Source: Nitrososphaerota archaeon (GTDB lineage Archaea; Thermoproteota; Nitrososphaeria_A; Caldarchaeales; Caldarchaeaceae). From it: DNA of 64,000 nt. The translations under genes and the position numbers were made by a program. This document shows positions 28,310 to 37,341 of the stretch, piece by piece. The notes under the pieces were generated by a model, which was not told the DNA's origin, ran no database searches, and worked only from the letters and a program-made list of their open reading frames with translations. The number at the start of each line of letters is the position of its first letter. Positions within the stretch are counted from its first letter, which is position 1. The stretch spans positions 704,001-768,000 of the forward strand of contig JBEPYN010000001.1 of NCBI GenBank assembly GCA_041641305.1, in the 5' to 3' direction.

Positions 28310-29536
28310 CTAAAGCTCGTATGTAGGAACTGTGGTTCAGAATATTCCAACGAGCTGAGAAATGTATGTGACAAGTGTCTCGGGGCCCTTGACGTCGTCT
28401 ACGAAGAGGTAGCGGATGGTCTGCGCAGCAGAATAGCCAACAGTTTTGTCCGCGGTGTCTGGCGATATGCTGAGCTTTTGCCCGTGAAGAAGGAGTACCG
28501 CGTCGACATCGGGGCAGGAGGCACAGCCTTGGTTCATGCACGTGAGCTGGGCCGTGTGATAGGTGTCCGCAACCTCTACATCAAAAACGACACGACAAAC
28601 CCCTCCTTCTCCTTCAAAGATAGGCCGGCGTCGGTGGCTGTCTCGAAGGCGCGGGAGTTTGGTCTCAGGATTGTTGGATGCGCGTCCACGGGCAACCTCG
28701 CCTCGGCCACGGTAGCCCACGCGGCTGCAGCCGGCTTGACGGGGTTCGTCCTCATGCCCGACACAGTCGAGCTCCCGAAGGTGCGTCAGGCCTCGATATA
28801 CGGCGCAAAAGTAATCCTCGTCGACGGCACCTACGACGACGTCAACCGCCTCGCATACCTCCTCGTCGACACAGCTGAAGTCGGAATAGTCAACGTCAAC
28901 CTAAGGCCCTTCTACGTGGAGGGCTCCAAAACCATGATGTATGAAACCGTTGAAGCCCTTGGCTGGCGCGCCCCACAGCACATCGTGGTCCCCATGGCGA
29001 GCGGCGCCCTCTTCGGAGCACTCTACAAAGGACTGCACGAGTTCGAGACGTTTGGAGCCATATCGCATGCCGACACAGTTTTCCACGGGGTACAGCCCAT
29101 AGGATGCTCACCGATATCAACAGCGTTTGAAACAGGTGCGGAGGAGGTTACACCTGTGAAGAAACCTGAGACCCTTGTGAAGAGTCTCGCCATCGGCAAC
29201 CCAGGCGACGGACTATACGCCCTAAACGTCGCCCGTAAAACAGGAGGCAGCTGTCAAAAGGTCTCCGATGACGCCACCGTTGAAGCGGTGAAGCTTCTTG
29301 CAAAGTATACGGGGATTTTCGCCGAACCCGGCGGAGCCATCACCGTCGCTGCGGTCAAGCAGATGAGGGAGAACGGGGTGATCGATGCGGGTGACGAGGT
29401 TGTATGCTGCGTAACTGGCGCGGGCTTCAAGGTTGACGAGGTTGTTGAGCAGGTGAGCGGCCCCGCCTACGTCGTCCCAGCACGCCTCGACAAAATCCTC
29501 GAAACCCTCCAAACCAACCAGCCCCTATCCCATTAA
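28310..29536 (+). CDS. thrC: Threonine synthase (PLP, N-terminal zinc ribbon); no canonical start, probable CTA start
   Basis: Frame open from 28262: (L)KLVCRNCG...CDKCLG...GVWRYAELLP, then NPSFSFKDR, ASTGN; no ATG/GTG/TTG in frame before 28478. Confidence 0.88.
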   Translation, partial: LKLVCRNCGSEYSNELRNVCDKCLGALDVVYEEVADGLRSRIANSFVRGVWRYAELLPVKKEYRVDIGAGGTALVHARELGRVIGVRNLYIKNDTTNPSFSFKDRPASVAVSKAREFGLRIVGCASTGNLASATVAHAAAAGLTGFVLMPDTVELPKVRQASIYGAKVILVDGTYDDVNRLAYLLVDTAEVGIVNVNLRPFYVEGSKTMMYETVEALGWRAPQHIVVPMASGALFGALYKGLHEFETFGAISHADTVFHGVQPIGCSPISTAFETGAEEVTPVKKPETLVKSLAIGNPGDGLYALNVARKTGGSCQKVSDDATVEAVKLLAKYTGIFAEPGGAITVAAVKQMRENGVIDAGDEVVCCVTGAGFKVDEVVEQVSGPAYVVPARLDKILETLQTNQPLSH

Positions 29537-30006
29537 AACACCTTCTCCCTCGGCTTCGTCGAATACACCACCACAACCGTGTCCCTGAACCGTTTGTTCG
29601 GCACCACTATCAAGCACTCATCGCCAGAGATAATGGTTCTGGTCAGGGACATAGCGATGATTTTGCCACGTTTTCCCTCGATTTCTACCTCGCTACCGAT
29701 GTTTATGTATGGGTCGAGGGCGATGGAGATGCTGGCGAAGACATCGTTTACATATGGGACGAGTGCGAGGGCGAACAAAAGGCCCAGCGCACCTGCGGTG
29801 GCGAAGACGCCTACCACGAACTCGAAAAGCCGCCAAATGTATCCAAGGTATCCGACGTAGACGACGCCGAGCAAAACCAGCACAAAATAGAGAACCTTGC
29901 GATGCTCCTGCCTAAACTTCGCACGCAGAACATACCTGACAAACAGAACCACCAACCCGAAAACAGCCGACGCAACAAGCGTCTCAACAACCTGCGCAGA
30001 AAACAT
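29533..30006 (-). CDS. Small mechanosensitive channel MscS family protein (short)
   Basis: Three TMs, GLLFALALVPYVNDVFAS, IGSEVEIEGKRGKI, IVVPNK. Confidence 0.75.
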   Translation of the reverse strand: MFSAQVVETLVASAVFGLVVLFVRYVLRAKFRQEHRKVLYFVLVLLGVVYVGYLGYIWRLFEFVVGVFATAGALGLLFALALVPYVNDVFASISIALDPYINIGSEVEIEGKRGKIIAMSLTRTIISGDECLIVVPNKRFRDTVVVVYSTKPREKVF

Positions 30007-30045
30007 AGCCAAAATATCGAAAAACCCAGATATTATTTTATACAA

Positions 30046-30106
30046 GATGCTCAGAGCTCAAGATCCCAGTCACCTAATCAGACTGGTCAGACTCATCATC
30101 GCCATC
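30046..30106 (-). ncRNA. C/D-box methylation guide sRNA
   Basis: Minus strand: GAUG stem, C box AUGAUGA (30099-93), 11-nt guide, D' CUGA (30081-78), degenerate C' GGUGACU, 13-nt guide, D CUGA (30054-51), CAUC stem; TTTTTAA box about 21 nt upstream. Confidence 0.8.
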
Positions 30107-30182
30107 TGTGGAATGTGTGACGGATCTTAAAAACGTTGAGAACGGGAAGTGACTGGGTTAGGGCTGTAAGACTTGTGAATAT

Positions 30183-30779
30183 TTAGGCTGTTTGGCATAT
30201 GTCGGGTTTTCTCGCATCTTTTTTCTGTGGTGAATGGTTGTGTGCGTCGTGTTGGATGTAGGTTGTTAGCCATGCGGCGAGGAGTTTTCCCCGTGGTGTG
30301 AGGCTGTATTGTACACGTATGGGGGCTTGGTTTGTGTGGATGGTTTTTTCTACGAGGCCGTGGTTGCAGAGTTTTCTCAGCCGGTCGGAGGCTATTTTCC
30401 AGCTGAGGCCGTTTATGGCTGCGACGAGTTCAGCGCTGTACAGCGACCCTTGTCGAAGTGTTGTGAGAATTTCTCTTGACCATTTGCATTTGAGAACCTC
30501 GGCCAAGACATGTGGCGCGACGTGGCTGGTGAGTGGTTTAACAAGCTCAGCTATGGCGAGGCCTTTCACGGTCAACCTGTAACCCGCCTCATCCACCGAA
30601 ACAACTCCATGAACCATCAGGCTCGACAACTTGCTCGATAGAACCTTCCTGCTTATTCCTAGGCTTTTCACGAGGTCGGCGAAACGGCGGGGGCCCTGCA
30701 TCAAATCAACTATGAGGGGAACCGTCCACTTGCATCTAAACAAATGGGTTGGAAAGCTTTGGACAACAGCCTCCAGCAT
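30183..30779 (-). CDS. Tandem-duplicated HxlR-family winged-helix regulator
   Basis: Two repeats CKW(T/S)..I...L..G...ISRKVLS/LSWKIAS..L..L...G.V...Y.LT.KG/RG. Confidence 0.85.
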   Translation of the reverse strand: MLEAVVQSFPTHLFRCKWTVPLIVDLMQGPRRFADLVKSLGISRKVLSSKLSSLMVHGVVSVDEAGYRLTVKGLAIAELVKPLTSHVAPHVLAEVLKCKWSREILTTLRQGSLYSAELVAAINGLSWKIASDRLRKLCNHGLVEKTIHTNQAPIRVQYSLTPRGKLLAAWLTTYIQHDAHNHSPQKKDARKPDICQTA

Positions 30780-30852
30780 CCCAACAGAAAGGCTCGCTTA
30801 GAGATATAAGGGTTGAGAAAGCTAGGGCAGAGGCTTATCCACATGGTGGGAT

Positions 30853-30868
30853 GTTACACAAAGGTAAC
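30853..30868. promoter_or_regulatory. Palindromic operator GTTAC-N6-GTAAC between hxlR and protoglobin
   Basis: Perfect 5-bp inverted repeat between the two divergent TATA-like boxes. Confidence 0.55.
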
Positions 30869-30923
30869 GACCTAACCGTTTTGAAACCATTTACTCAAAT
30901 ACCGTGGAATAGGCTGGGGCGTC

Positions 30924-31514
30924 ATGGCTCAGCAGATTCCGGGATACACATATGGCACAGGAAAGGTTTCGCAGGCCCCTGTTTCGGATGAGGAGTTCCG
31001 GCTGCTCAAGGCAACGGTGCTGATGACCGATGAAGACATCAAGTATCTGCGGATGGCTGGAGAGGTTCTAAAGGACCAAGTTGATGATGTGCTCGACCTC
31101 TGGTATGGCTGGGTAGGCTCCAACCAGCATCTTGTCTACTACTTCGGCGACCGCAAAACAGGTCAGCCGATAGGCGAGTATCTACAGGCTGTGAGGAAAA
31201 GGTTTGGGCAGTGGATTCTTGACACATGCTTCAGAGAATATGACCGCGACTGGCTCAACTACCAGTATGAGATAGGGCTGCGCCACCATAGAAGCAAGAA
31301 AAACAAGACAGACAAGGTTGACTCGGTTGAGCATATTCCGCTCCGCTACCTCATCGCATTCATCGTCCCCATCACCTCGACCATCAAGCCGTTTCTAGCT
31401 AAGAAGGGTCACTCACAGGAGGATGTTGAGAAGATGTATGCAGCGTGGTTCAAGTCCGTGACGTTGTCGGTTGCGCTGTGGAGCATACCATACGCGAACA
31501 AGGGAGAGTGGTAA
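30924..31514 (+). CDS. Protoglobin
   Basis: IPGYTYG N-terminus, LWYGWVG, RKRFGQWILDT, EIGLRHH, HIPLRYLIA, AWFKSV: archaeal protoglobin signature. Confidence 0.95.
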   Translation: MAQQIPGYTYGTGKVSQAPVSDEEFRLLKATVLMTDEDIKYLRMAGEVLKDQVDDVLDLWYGWVGSNQHLVYYFGDRKTGQPIGEYLQAVRKRFGQWILDTCFREYDRDWLNYQYEIGLRHHRSKKNKTDKVDSVEHIPLRYLIAFIVPITSTIKPFLAKKGHSQEDVEKMYAAWFKSVTLSVALWSIPYANKGEW

Positions 31515-31518
31515 AGGC

Positions 31519-31896
31519 CTATCTCTTGAAAAGCTCCTTCAAATCTTTCGCCTCTCCCCTTTTAACATACGTAATCTTTGTATCTAGCTTGACCCTTAGG
31601 CCGAGGCTTCGGAAAAGGTTGTAGAGCTCTCCGCCGTCGATTGGCTCGGTTATCTGACCCGCTTTCATGAGCTGGGCGAGCTTCTCCACTATGGCCGACG
31701 TTTCTCGTGGATATTGTTCAAGCGCTGCCTGTAGCACTTCGTCCCCCCTTGGGCCGAGATTTTTCTTCACCACGTCGAGAGGTGTCTCGGCTGGGGCTGG
31801 TTTCTGCTGCTGCTCAGCTCCCGCCTGAGCCGCCATCGATGCAAGCTGCATCATCTTCTTTAGCTTAAGCCGTTTGAGCTCAAGATCCTCCGACAA
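31519..31896 (-). CDS. PDCD5-like dsDNA-binding domain protein
   Basis: DLELKRLKLKKM, EVLQAALEQYP, IDGGELYNLFRSLGLRVKL. Confidence 0.75.
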   Translation of the reverse strand: MSEDLELKRLKLKKMMQLASMAAQAGAEQQQKPAPAETPLDVVKKNLGPRGDEVLQAALEQYPRETSAIVEKLAQLMKAGQITEPIDGGELYNLFRSLGLRVKLDTKITYVKRGEAKDLKELFKR

Positions 31897-31898
31897 GG

Positions 31899-33365
31899 CT
31901 ACGCAGGCCTCCTTACACCAAGCCTAACGCCGCTCAATAGAACAGAGGGGCCTCCGAACCAGACGGGTATTCCCTGCATCGGGTCGCCTTTCCCACAGTA
32001 GCCTGCGTAGAACTTGAGGTCGTCTGCAACAGCTTTGACCGATGACCAGAGACCCTTCGTCGTCAAGTCAACAACGGGGTCTCTTATCATCTCTGCGAGT
32101 TTGCCGTCCCTGACCCTGTATGCTACGACGCCGACGTAGCGCTGGTTCCACCGCCTGTCGTCGATGTTCCACTCCTGGTAGGATTTGATGTAGACGCCGT
32201 TGCGCATGATTTCGAAGAGTTCTTCGAGGCTGTGGTCGCCGGGCTTGAGGTAGGTGTTGGCCATGCGGACGATCGGTTCTTTGCTGTAGCTGTTGGCCCT
32301 CGAGGCTCCGTTGCTGTGTGTCCCCAGCTCCGCAGCGGTTTCACGGTTGTGAAGCAACCCGCTCAAAACACCCTTGTCAATCAAGACCCGTTCAGACGTG
32401 GCGACGCATTCGTCGTCGTAGAGATAGTAGCCGAAGGAGCGTGGAAGACGCGGGTCATCCACGACCGTGACATGTTCACTGCCTATCCTCGTGCCTAAAA
32501 GCTCAGGCTTGACATAGGTTTCACCGGCCTGCGCAGCTTCTCTGCCCAACATCCTATCCGCCTCACCGGGGTGGCCGCATGACTCGTGGCAGACAAGGCC
32601 CACAATCTCCGAGCCGAGAACAACGTCCACGGGCTCCCGCGGCGGCTCAACACCCCGCAGCAACGCCTTGCATATGTCACGAGCCTCCTCGGCTAGTCTA
32701 CCGGGCAGGTCCCATCTCTCCACCGCCTCCCAGCCAGCTGATTCGCCGAGGTTCTCAAACCGCTGGACAACGCCGCGCTGAGGATGATAGGCTGTGATTA
32801 TGTAGTTGGCTGTGGCGCGTTCAACAGCGAACCTGACATCGCCGCCGTCGCTGTTGACCACGTGCTTCTCAGTGCTCCATTTCCCCAACTCGATGAAACG
32901 TGAGACAAGCTTGACGCCGAGCTTATCAGCGGCCTCGACACCCGCGGCATCAGCCTCCTTCAACAGCTCAATCTTATCCCTGTTATCCACGTCATCGTAT
33001 CTTATCCTCGGCTTCTTTATGTCAGAGGCCTTTACAAGCTTCTCCTCCGACATCCTGACATCCTGCGACCCTGCTGCGGCGGCCCTCGCCATGCCGAAAG
33101 CCGCGGCAACAGCCTTCCTCAGAGACGCTCTGTCAAGCTGGTTAACGTATGCGAAGCCCAAGCTCCCGCGGTAGAGAAGACGAATACCCACACCCTTCTC
33201 GACAACATCCGCCGACACCTCTGGTACACCGTTCTTCAAAACAACCTGCGACTGATGATCCCGCTGAAACCGTGCCTCGACATAGGAAGCCCCCAGCTCA
33301 CCGCCCCTCTTCAAAACAAACTCCAAAAGATCCTCAACATCCATCGGCCCTGACACCACATTCAA
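31899..33365 (-). CDS. tldD: TldD/PmbA family metalloprotease (TldD type)
   Basis: HESCGH, EADR, DDE, PIVRMANT, CGKG.P.Q, GGP. Confidence 0.92.
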   Translation of the reverse strand: MNVVSGPMDVEDLLEFVLKRGGELGASYVEARFQRDHQSQVVLKNGVPEVSADVVEKGVGIRLLYRGSLGFAYVNQLDRASLRKAVAAAFGMARAAAAGSQDVRMSEEKLVKASDIKKPRIRYDDVDNRDKIELLKEADAAGVEAADKLGVKLVSRFIELGKWSTEKHVVNSDGGDVRFAVERATANYIITAYHPQRGVVQRFENLGESAGWEAVERWDLPGRLAEEARDICKALLRGVEPPREPVDVVLGSEIVGLVCHESCGHPGEADRMLGREAAQAGETYVKPELLGTRIGSEHVTVVDDPRLPRSFGYYLYDDECVATSERVLIDKGVLSGLLHNRETAAELGTHSNGASRANSYSKEPIVRMANTYLKPGDHSLEELFEIMRNGVYIKSYQEWNIDDRRWNQRYVGVVAYRVRDGKLAEMIRDPVVDLTTKGLWSSVKAVADDLKFYAGYCGKGDPMQGIPVWFGGPSVLLSGVRLGVRRPA

Positions 33366-33450
33366 CTGGGCCGAGAAATATATAAACGGTTAACACAAGG
33401 AACAAGTGTGTAAGCTCTTATAGAGGAGTAGGCCAAGCATATCCCGGGTC

Positions 33451-33954
33451 ATGAAGGCGAAGAACTACCGCAGGCCTGAGGGCATGACATACGCCAGGGT
33501 GGAATATATCCATGGCCCGCCGCAGTCCCGCATAACCAAGTACAACGCCGGCGTCTACCGCAGCGATTACACTCATGAGCTGCTGCTCGTGCCTGAGACG
33601 GATTTGCAGATACGTGATGTCGCAATCGAGTCGGCCCGCATAGCCATCAACAAGTATTTGACGGAGAAGCTTAACGACAGGTTCTATCTCGAGGTTACGG
33701 CGCATCCTCACCATGTTCTGCGGGAGAACAAGATGATTTTCGGGGCGCATGCCGACAGGCTGCAGGAGGGTATGAGGAGAGCTTTCGGAAAACCGATTGG
33801 AAGAGCTGCACGCGTGGAGATGGGTGAGCCGGTTTTCAGGCTTCTCACCTACGCCGACGGAGTGAGAACGGCCCGTGAGGCCCTAGAGCTTGCGGCGAAG
33901 AAACTGCCCAAGAAATACTACATCGTCGAGAAGGTTCTCGCCCAGAGTGCCTAA
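33451..33954 (+). CDS. rpl10e: 50S ribosomal protein L10e (uL16)
   Basis: PHHVLRENKM..GAHADRLQEGMRRAFGKPIG. Confidence 0.97.
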   Translation: MKAKNYRRPEGMTYARVEYIHGPPQSRITKYNAGVYRSDYTHELLLVPETDLQIRDVAIESARIAINKYLTEKLNDRFYLEVTAHPHHVLRENKMIFGAHADRLQEGMRRAFGKPIGRAARVEMGEPVFRLLTYADGVRTAREALELAAKKLPKKYYIVEKVLAQSA

Positions 33955-33957
33955 CCC

Positions 33958-34362
33958 TTGTCCCATGAAGCAGAAATCTATGTCGACGGCGCCTCAAGAG
34001 GCAACCCAGGGCCCGCGGGCATCGGCTACATAATCAAAATCGGAACACAATCATACAAGCACCGGGAATACATCGGCGTCGCAACCAACAACCAAGCAGA
34101 ATACCGTGCCTTGATAACTGCTCTGGAAAAAGCTCTCCAGCTCGGTGTAAAGAAAGCATATGTTTACAGCGACAGCGAGCTCCTCGTCAAACAGGTCACC
34201 GGCACATACAGAATACGAAACACCACGCTCTCATCCCTGCATCAGAAGCTTCAGCAACTTTTACCGAGTTTTGAAGAGCTCAAGATAACGCATGTCGATA
34301 GAGAAAAAAATAGGGAGGCCGACCGCTTGGCCAACCAAGCCATAGACGAAGCTACGCCTTGA
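33958..34362 (+). CDS. rnhA: Ribonuclease HI
   Basis: YVDGASRGNPG, TNNQAEY, DSELL, REKNREADRLAN. Confidence 0.94.
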   Translation: MSHEAEIYVDGASRGNPGPAGIGYIIKIGTQSYKHREYIGVATNNQAEYRALITALEKALQLGVKKAYVYSDSELLVKQVTGTYRIRNTTLSSLHQKLQQLLPSFEELKITHVDREKNREADRLANQAIDEATP

Positions 34363-34459
34363 CGGTTACGACCGCCGGCTCCTGAACAGTCTTCTTCGAG
34401 GCCTCCCTTATCCGCTTCAACATCGCCTCATACTCTTCCTCACTCATGCAGTGGCACAT
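34352..34459 (-). CDS. Small hypothetical protein (35 aa) with N-terminal CHC motif, not in ORF track
   Basis: MCHCMSEEEYEAMLKRIREASKKTVQEPAVVTVKA*; A-rich BRE + TTATAA about 26 nt upstream. Confidence 0.5.
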   Translation of the reverse strand: MCHCMSEEEYEAMLKRIREASKKTVQEPAVVTVKA

Positions 34460-34617
34460 TGCAGCAAAAACGCGATCACGCCGAGTTATAACATTTTTTC
34501 AGCTACTGACTTCTGGCGAAAATGCCTTCTTTTACATGTTTAAGGTTTTCCAATTTTTCTTGTGCGTGTCCGTCGGCTGGCATCATGCTTTTATTCGCCT
34601 GTTTGCGGCTGGTGGCT

Positions 34618-35268
34618 GTGGCCAGGATTGTTAAGCTCTCTGGGTTGCGGAAAGCTGTTGCGGACAGGCTTGGCTACAGTTTTCGGAACAGCCTGCCCGT
34701 CGCGTTGATGACAGAGTATGATGCGGCCCCTCTCATGGATGTTTACCGCAGAATGCGTGAGAAACATGGTTCAAGCAGCCCGAGCATAACCGCTTACATT
34801 GTTAAACGCGTCGCACACGCCCTCATACTCCACGGCGAGTTCAACGCCAACATCGAGGGCGACGAGATCAAGTTGTTTGATGAGGTGAACATAGCGGTGG
34901 CGGTTGACACGCCGCGTGGCCTCTACGCACCCACCATAAGGAACGTGGACAAAAAGACCGTTTTCGAAATCGAGGCAGAGCTCAGGGCTCTTGCCGAGAA
35001 AGCGGCGAAGGGAACAATTACCATGAATGAGCTCGCGGGCCATGGCTTCACCGTCTCCAACCTCGGACACCTCGACATAACCTACTTCACCCCCATCATC
35101 AACCCACCCGACGTAGCCATCCTCGGCGTCGGAGCCATCAAAAACACGGGGCAGGGATACCTTGGACACCTAACACTTGTCTTTGACCACCGAGCCGTCG
35201 ACGGCGCACCAGCCGCCAAGTTCCTCAAGGAAATTAAGCACCTGCTCGAGACTGTCTCTGAAGAGTGA
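34618..35268 (+). CDS. Stand-alone 2-oxoacid dehydrogenase E2 acyltransferase catalytic domain
   Basis: NIAVAVDTPRGL, FTVSNLG, PIINPP, DHRAVDGA; no lipoyl or E3-binding domain. Confidence 0.85.
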   Translation: MARIVKLSGLRKAVADRLGYSFRNSLPVALMTEYDAAPLMDVYRRMREKHGSSSPSITAYIVKRVAHALILHGEFNANIEGDEIKLFDEVNIAVAVDTPRGLYAPTIRNVDKKTVFEIEAELRALAEKAAKGTITMNELAGHGFTVSNLGHLDITYFTPIINPPDVAILGVGAIKNTGQGYLGHLTLVFDHRAVDGAPAAKFLKEIKHLLETVSEE

Positions 35269-36317
35269 GGGGAATGATTTCCGCGGTCTCTGTTTTGGCG
35301 AGCCACAGCGCTTTGGATGTTTTGGATGGGGCCCGTGAGACTGGGTTTAGGACCGTCGCGGTCGCGAAGAGGGGCCGTGAAAAGGCTTATCGAATGTTTC
35401 CTGTGGTGGATGAGCTTGTGGTGGTTGAAGAGTTCGGCGAAATCGTGTCAGAACATGTTTTGGAGAAGCTTGTTGACAGCGTGTTTGTGCCGAATAGGAG
35501 CTTCGCGGTCTACGTGGGCTATGACACCATCGAGAAAAAATTCAAGATACCTGTTTTCGGTAACAGGTTTCTGCTAAGATGGGAAGAACGTGTCGGCGAA
35601 GCTAGCTACTACAGGTTGTTGGAAGAGGCTGGGATAAGGAGGCCGAAAACCTACAGACTAGATGATGTCGACGGCCCTGTGATTGTGAAGCTGCCCGAAC
35701 ATGGGAGACCCTTTGAACGAGCATTCTTCATAGCAAGGGACCAGGCCGATTTGGAGAAGAAGCTCGGTGAAATGCTTGCGAAGGGAATCGTCGACGAGAG
35801 TGATTTGGAGAAGGCGTCGGTTGAGGAGCTTGTGCTCGGCGCCCATTTCAACGCAAACTTTTTCCACAGCGTGGTCAGAGACAGGCTGGAGCTTCACAGC
35901 ATAGACCGGCGTATACAGAGCAACCTCGACGGCGTCATCAGACTAGGCGCAGCGGACCAGCTGGAGCTCAACCCACTCATCCGCTACATCGAGGTGGGTC
36001 ACGAGTCCGCCACCATCCGCGAAAGCCTCCTCGAAAAAGTCTTCACCATCGGTGAAAAATTTGTGGCGGCATGTAGCCGACTGGTTCCGCCGGGTGTGAT
36101 AGGACCCTTTACTCTACAGTTTCTCGTAACACCCGAGCTCGACCTCGTGGTTTACGATGTTTCGCCGCGTATAGGCGGCGGCACCAACGTCTACATCGGC
36201 CATGGTGGCCAATATAGCAAACTCTATCATGGAAAGCCCGTGACCATGGGGCGTAGGATTGCGATGGAGATAAGAGAAGCCGCTGAACAAAACATGCTGT
36301 CAAGAGTAACCACATGA
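35265..36317 (+). CDS. PurP-family ATP-grasp ligase (paralogue 1)
   Basis: ASHSALDV, FVPNRSF, RESLLEKV, IGPFTLQ, RIGGGTN, MGRRIA. Confidence 0.88.
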   Translation: MRGMISAVSVLASHSALDVLDGARETGFRTVAVAKRGREKAYRMFPVVDELVVVEEFGEIVSEHVLEKLVDSVFVPNRSFAVYVGYDTIEKKFKIPVFGNRFLLRWEERVGEASYYRLLEEAGIRRPKTYRLDDVDGPVIVKLPEHGRPFERAFFIARDQADLEKKLGEMLAKGIVDESDLEKASVEELVLGAHFNANFFHSVVRDRLELHSIDRRIQSNLDGVIRLGAADQLELNPLIRYIEVGHESATIRESLLEKVFTIGEKFVAACSRLVPPGVIGPFTLQFLVTPELDLVVYDVSPRIGGGTNVYIGHGGQYSKLYHGKPVTMGRRIAMEIREAAEQNMLSRVTT

Positions 36318-37315
36318 AGCGTTTAGCCGATTACGATGTGGATAAGCTCACCGTCGCGACTGTTGCGAGCCACACAGCCCTCCAGCTACTCCGCGCAGCC
36401 AAGAAAACAGGCTTCAAAACAGCCGCCATCTACCTAACAGACAACAAAACATTCTATCAAAAATTCGGCTTCATCGACAAAATCTTCACAGCATCAGTCG
36501 ACACGTTGGATAAACTCGCACCTTACCTGGCTGAACGCAACACCATCTTCATACCTCATGGCAGCTTCGTTGAATACTGCGGCCCCGAGAAAGCCCAATC
36601 ATTCCAGGTGCCGTTTTTCGGCACTCGGCAGCTCATCGAGGTTGAGGCGGACCAAAGAAAGAAGATGACGCTCCTGCGTGAAGCAGAGATACCCACCCCA
36701 GCCGAGTACGGATCCGTTGAGGAGGCTGAGTCCCCTGTAATCGTCAAACTGGGAGGAGCCAAGGGCGGGGCAGGCTATTTCCTCGCCTTCTCAAAACAGG
36801 AGCTTCTGGAGAAAACGCAAAAAATCAGCCAATCTTACATCATCCAGCAATATGTCATAGGCGTCGGCGTCTACATGCACTATTTTGCGTCACCCATGTA
36901 TGGAAGGGTCGAGGTCTTCGGCGCCGATACACGGTATGAGGCGAATGTCGACGGCCGCGTCTTCGGATTGGCCGAGCCCAGCTTCGTCGTCGTCGGAAAC
37001 AGGCCCCTAGTAGTCAGAGAATCACTCCTGCCACGCTACATGCTCTACGGCGAAAAATTCGCAGCCGCCGTCGAGAAAACTCTCGGCACACCCATGATAG
37101 GCCCCTTCTGCCTCGAAACCATCATCACAGACACATTAGAAATCAAGTGCTTCGAGTTCTCCGGAAGAATTGTGGCGGGCACAAACGTTTACATGGGCAC
37201 AGGCTCACCATATTCCGTCCTCTACTTCGACAAAGCCATAGACATGGGTGAGAGGATAGCCCATGAGCTGAAGAATGCTGCTGAGAAAAACTGTCTCGAG
37301 AAGGTTACGAGTTAA
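36314..37315 (+). CDS. purP: FAICAR synthetase PurP (paralogue 2)
   Basis: ASHTALQL, IPHGSF, GAKGGAGYF, RESLLP, GPFCLE, RIVAGTN. Confidence 0.88.
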   Translation: MKRLADYDVDKLTVATVASHTALQLLRAAKKTGFKTAAIYLTDNKTFYQKFGFIDKIFTASVDTLDKLAPYLAERNTIFIPHGSFVEYCGPEKAQSFQVPFFGTRQLIEVEADQRKKMTLLREAEIPTPAEYGSVEEAESPVIVKLGGAKGGAGYFLAFSKQELLEKTQKISQSYIIQQYVIGVGVYMHYFASPMYGRVEVFGADTRYEANVDGRVFGLAEPSFVVVGNRPLVVRESLLPRYMLYGEKFAAAVEKTLGTPMIGPFCLETIITDTLEIKCFEFSGRIVAGTNVYMGTGSPYSVLYFDKAIDMGERIAHELKNAAEKNCLEKVTS

Positions 37316-37341
37316 ACCTTATAGGCTGTGTTGGGAGAAGA

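Noticed and set aside
35265-37315. Two adjacent PurP paralogues as a novelty
   Set aside because: Duplicated PurP-family genes are already well known in archaea.
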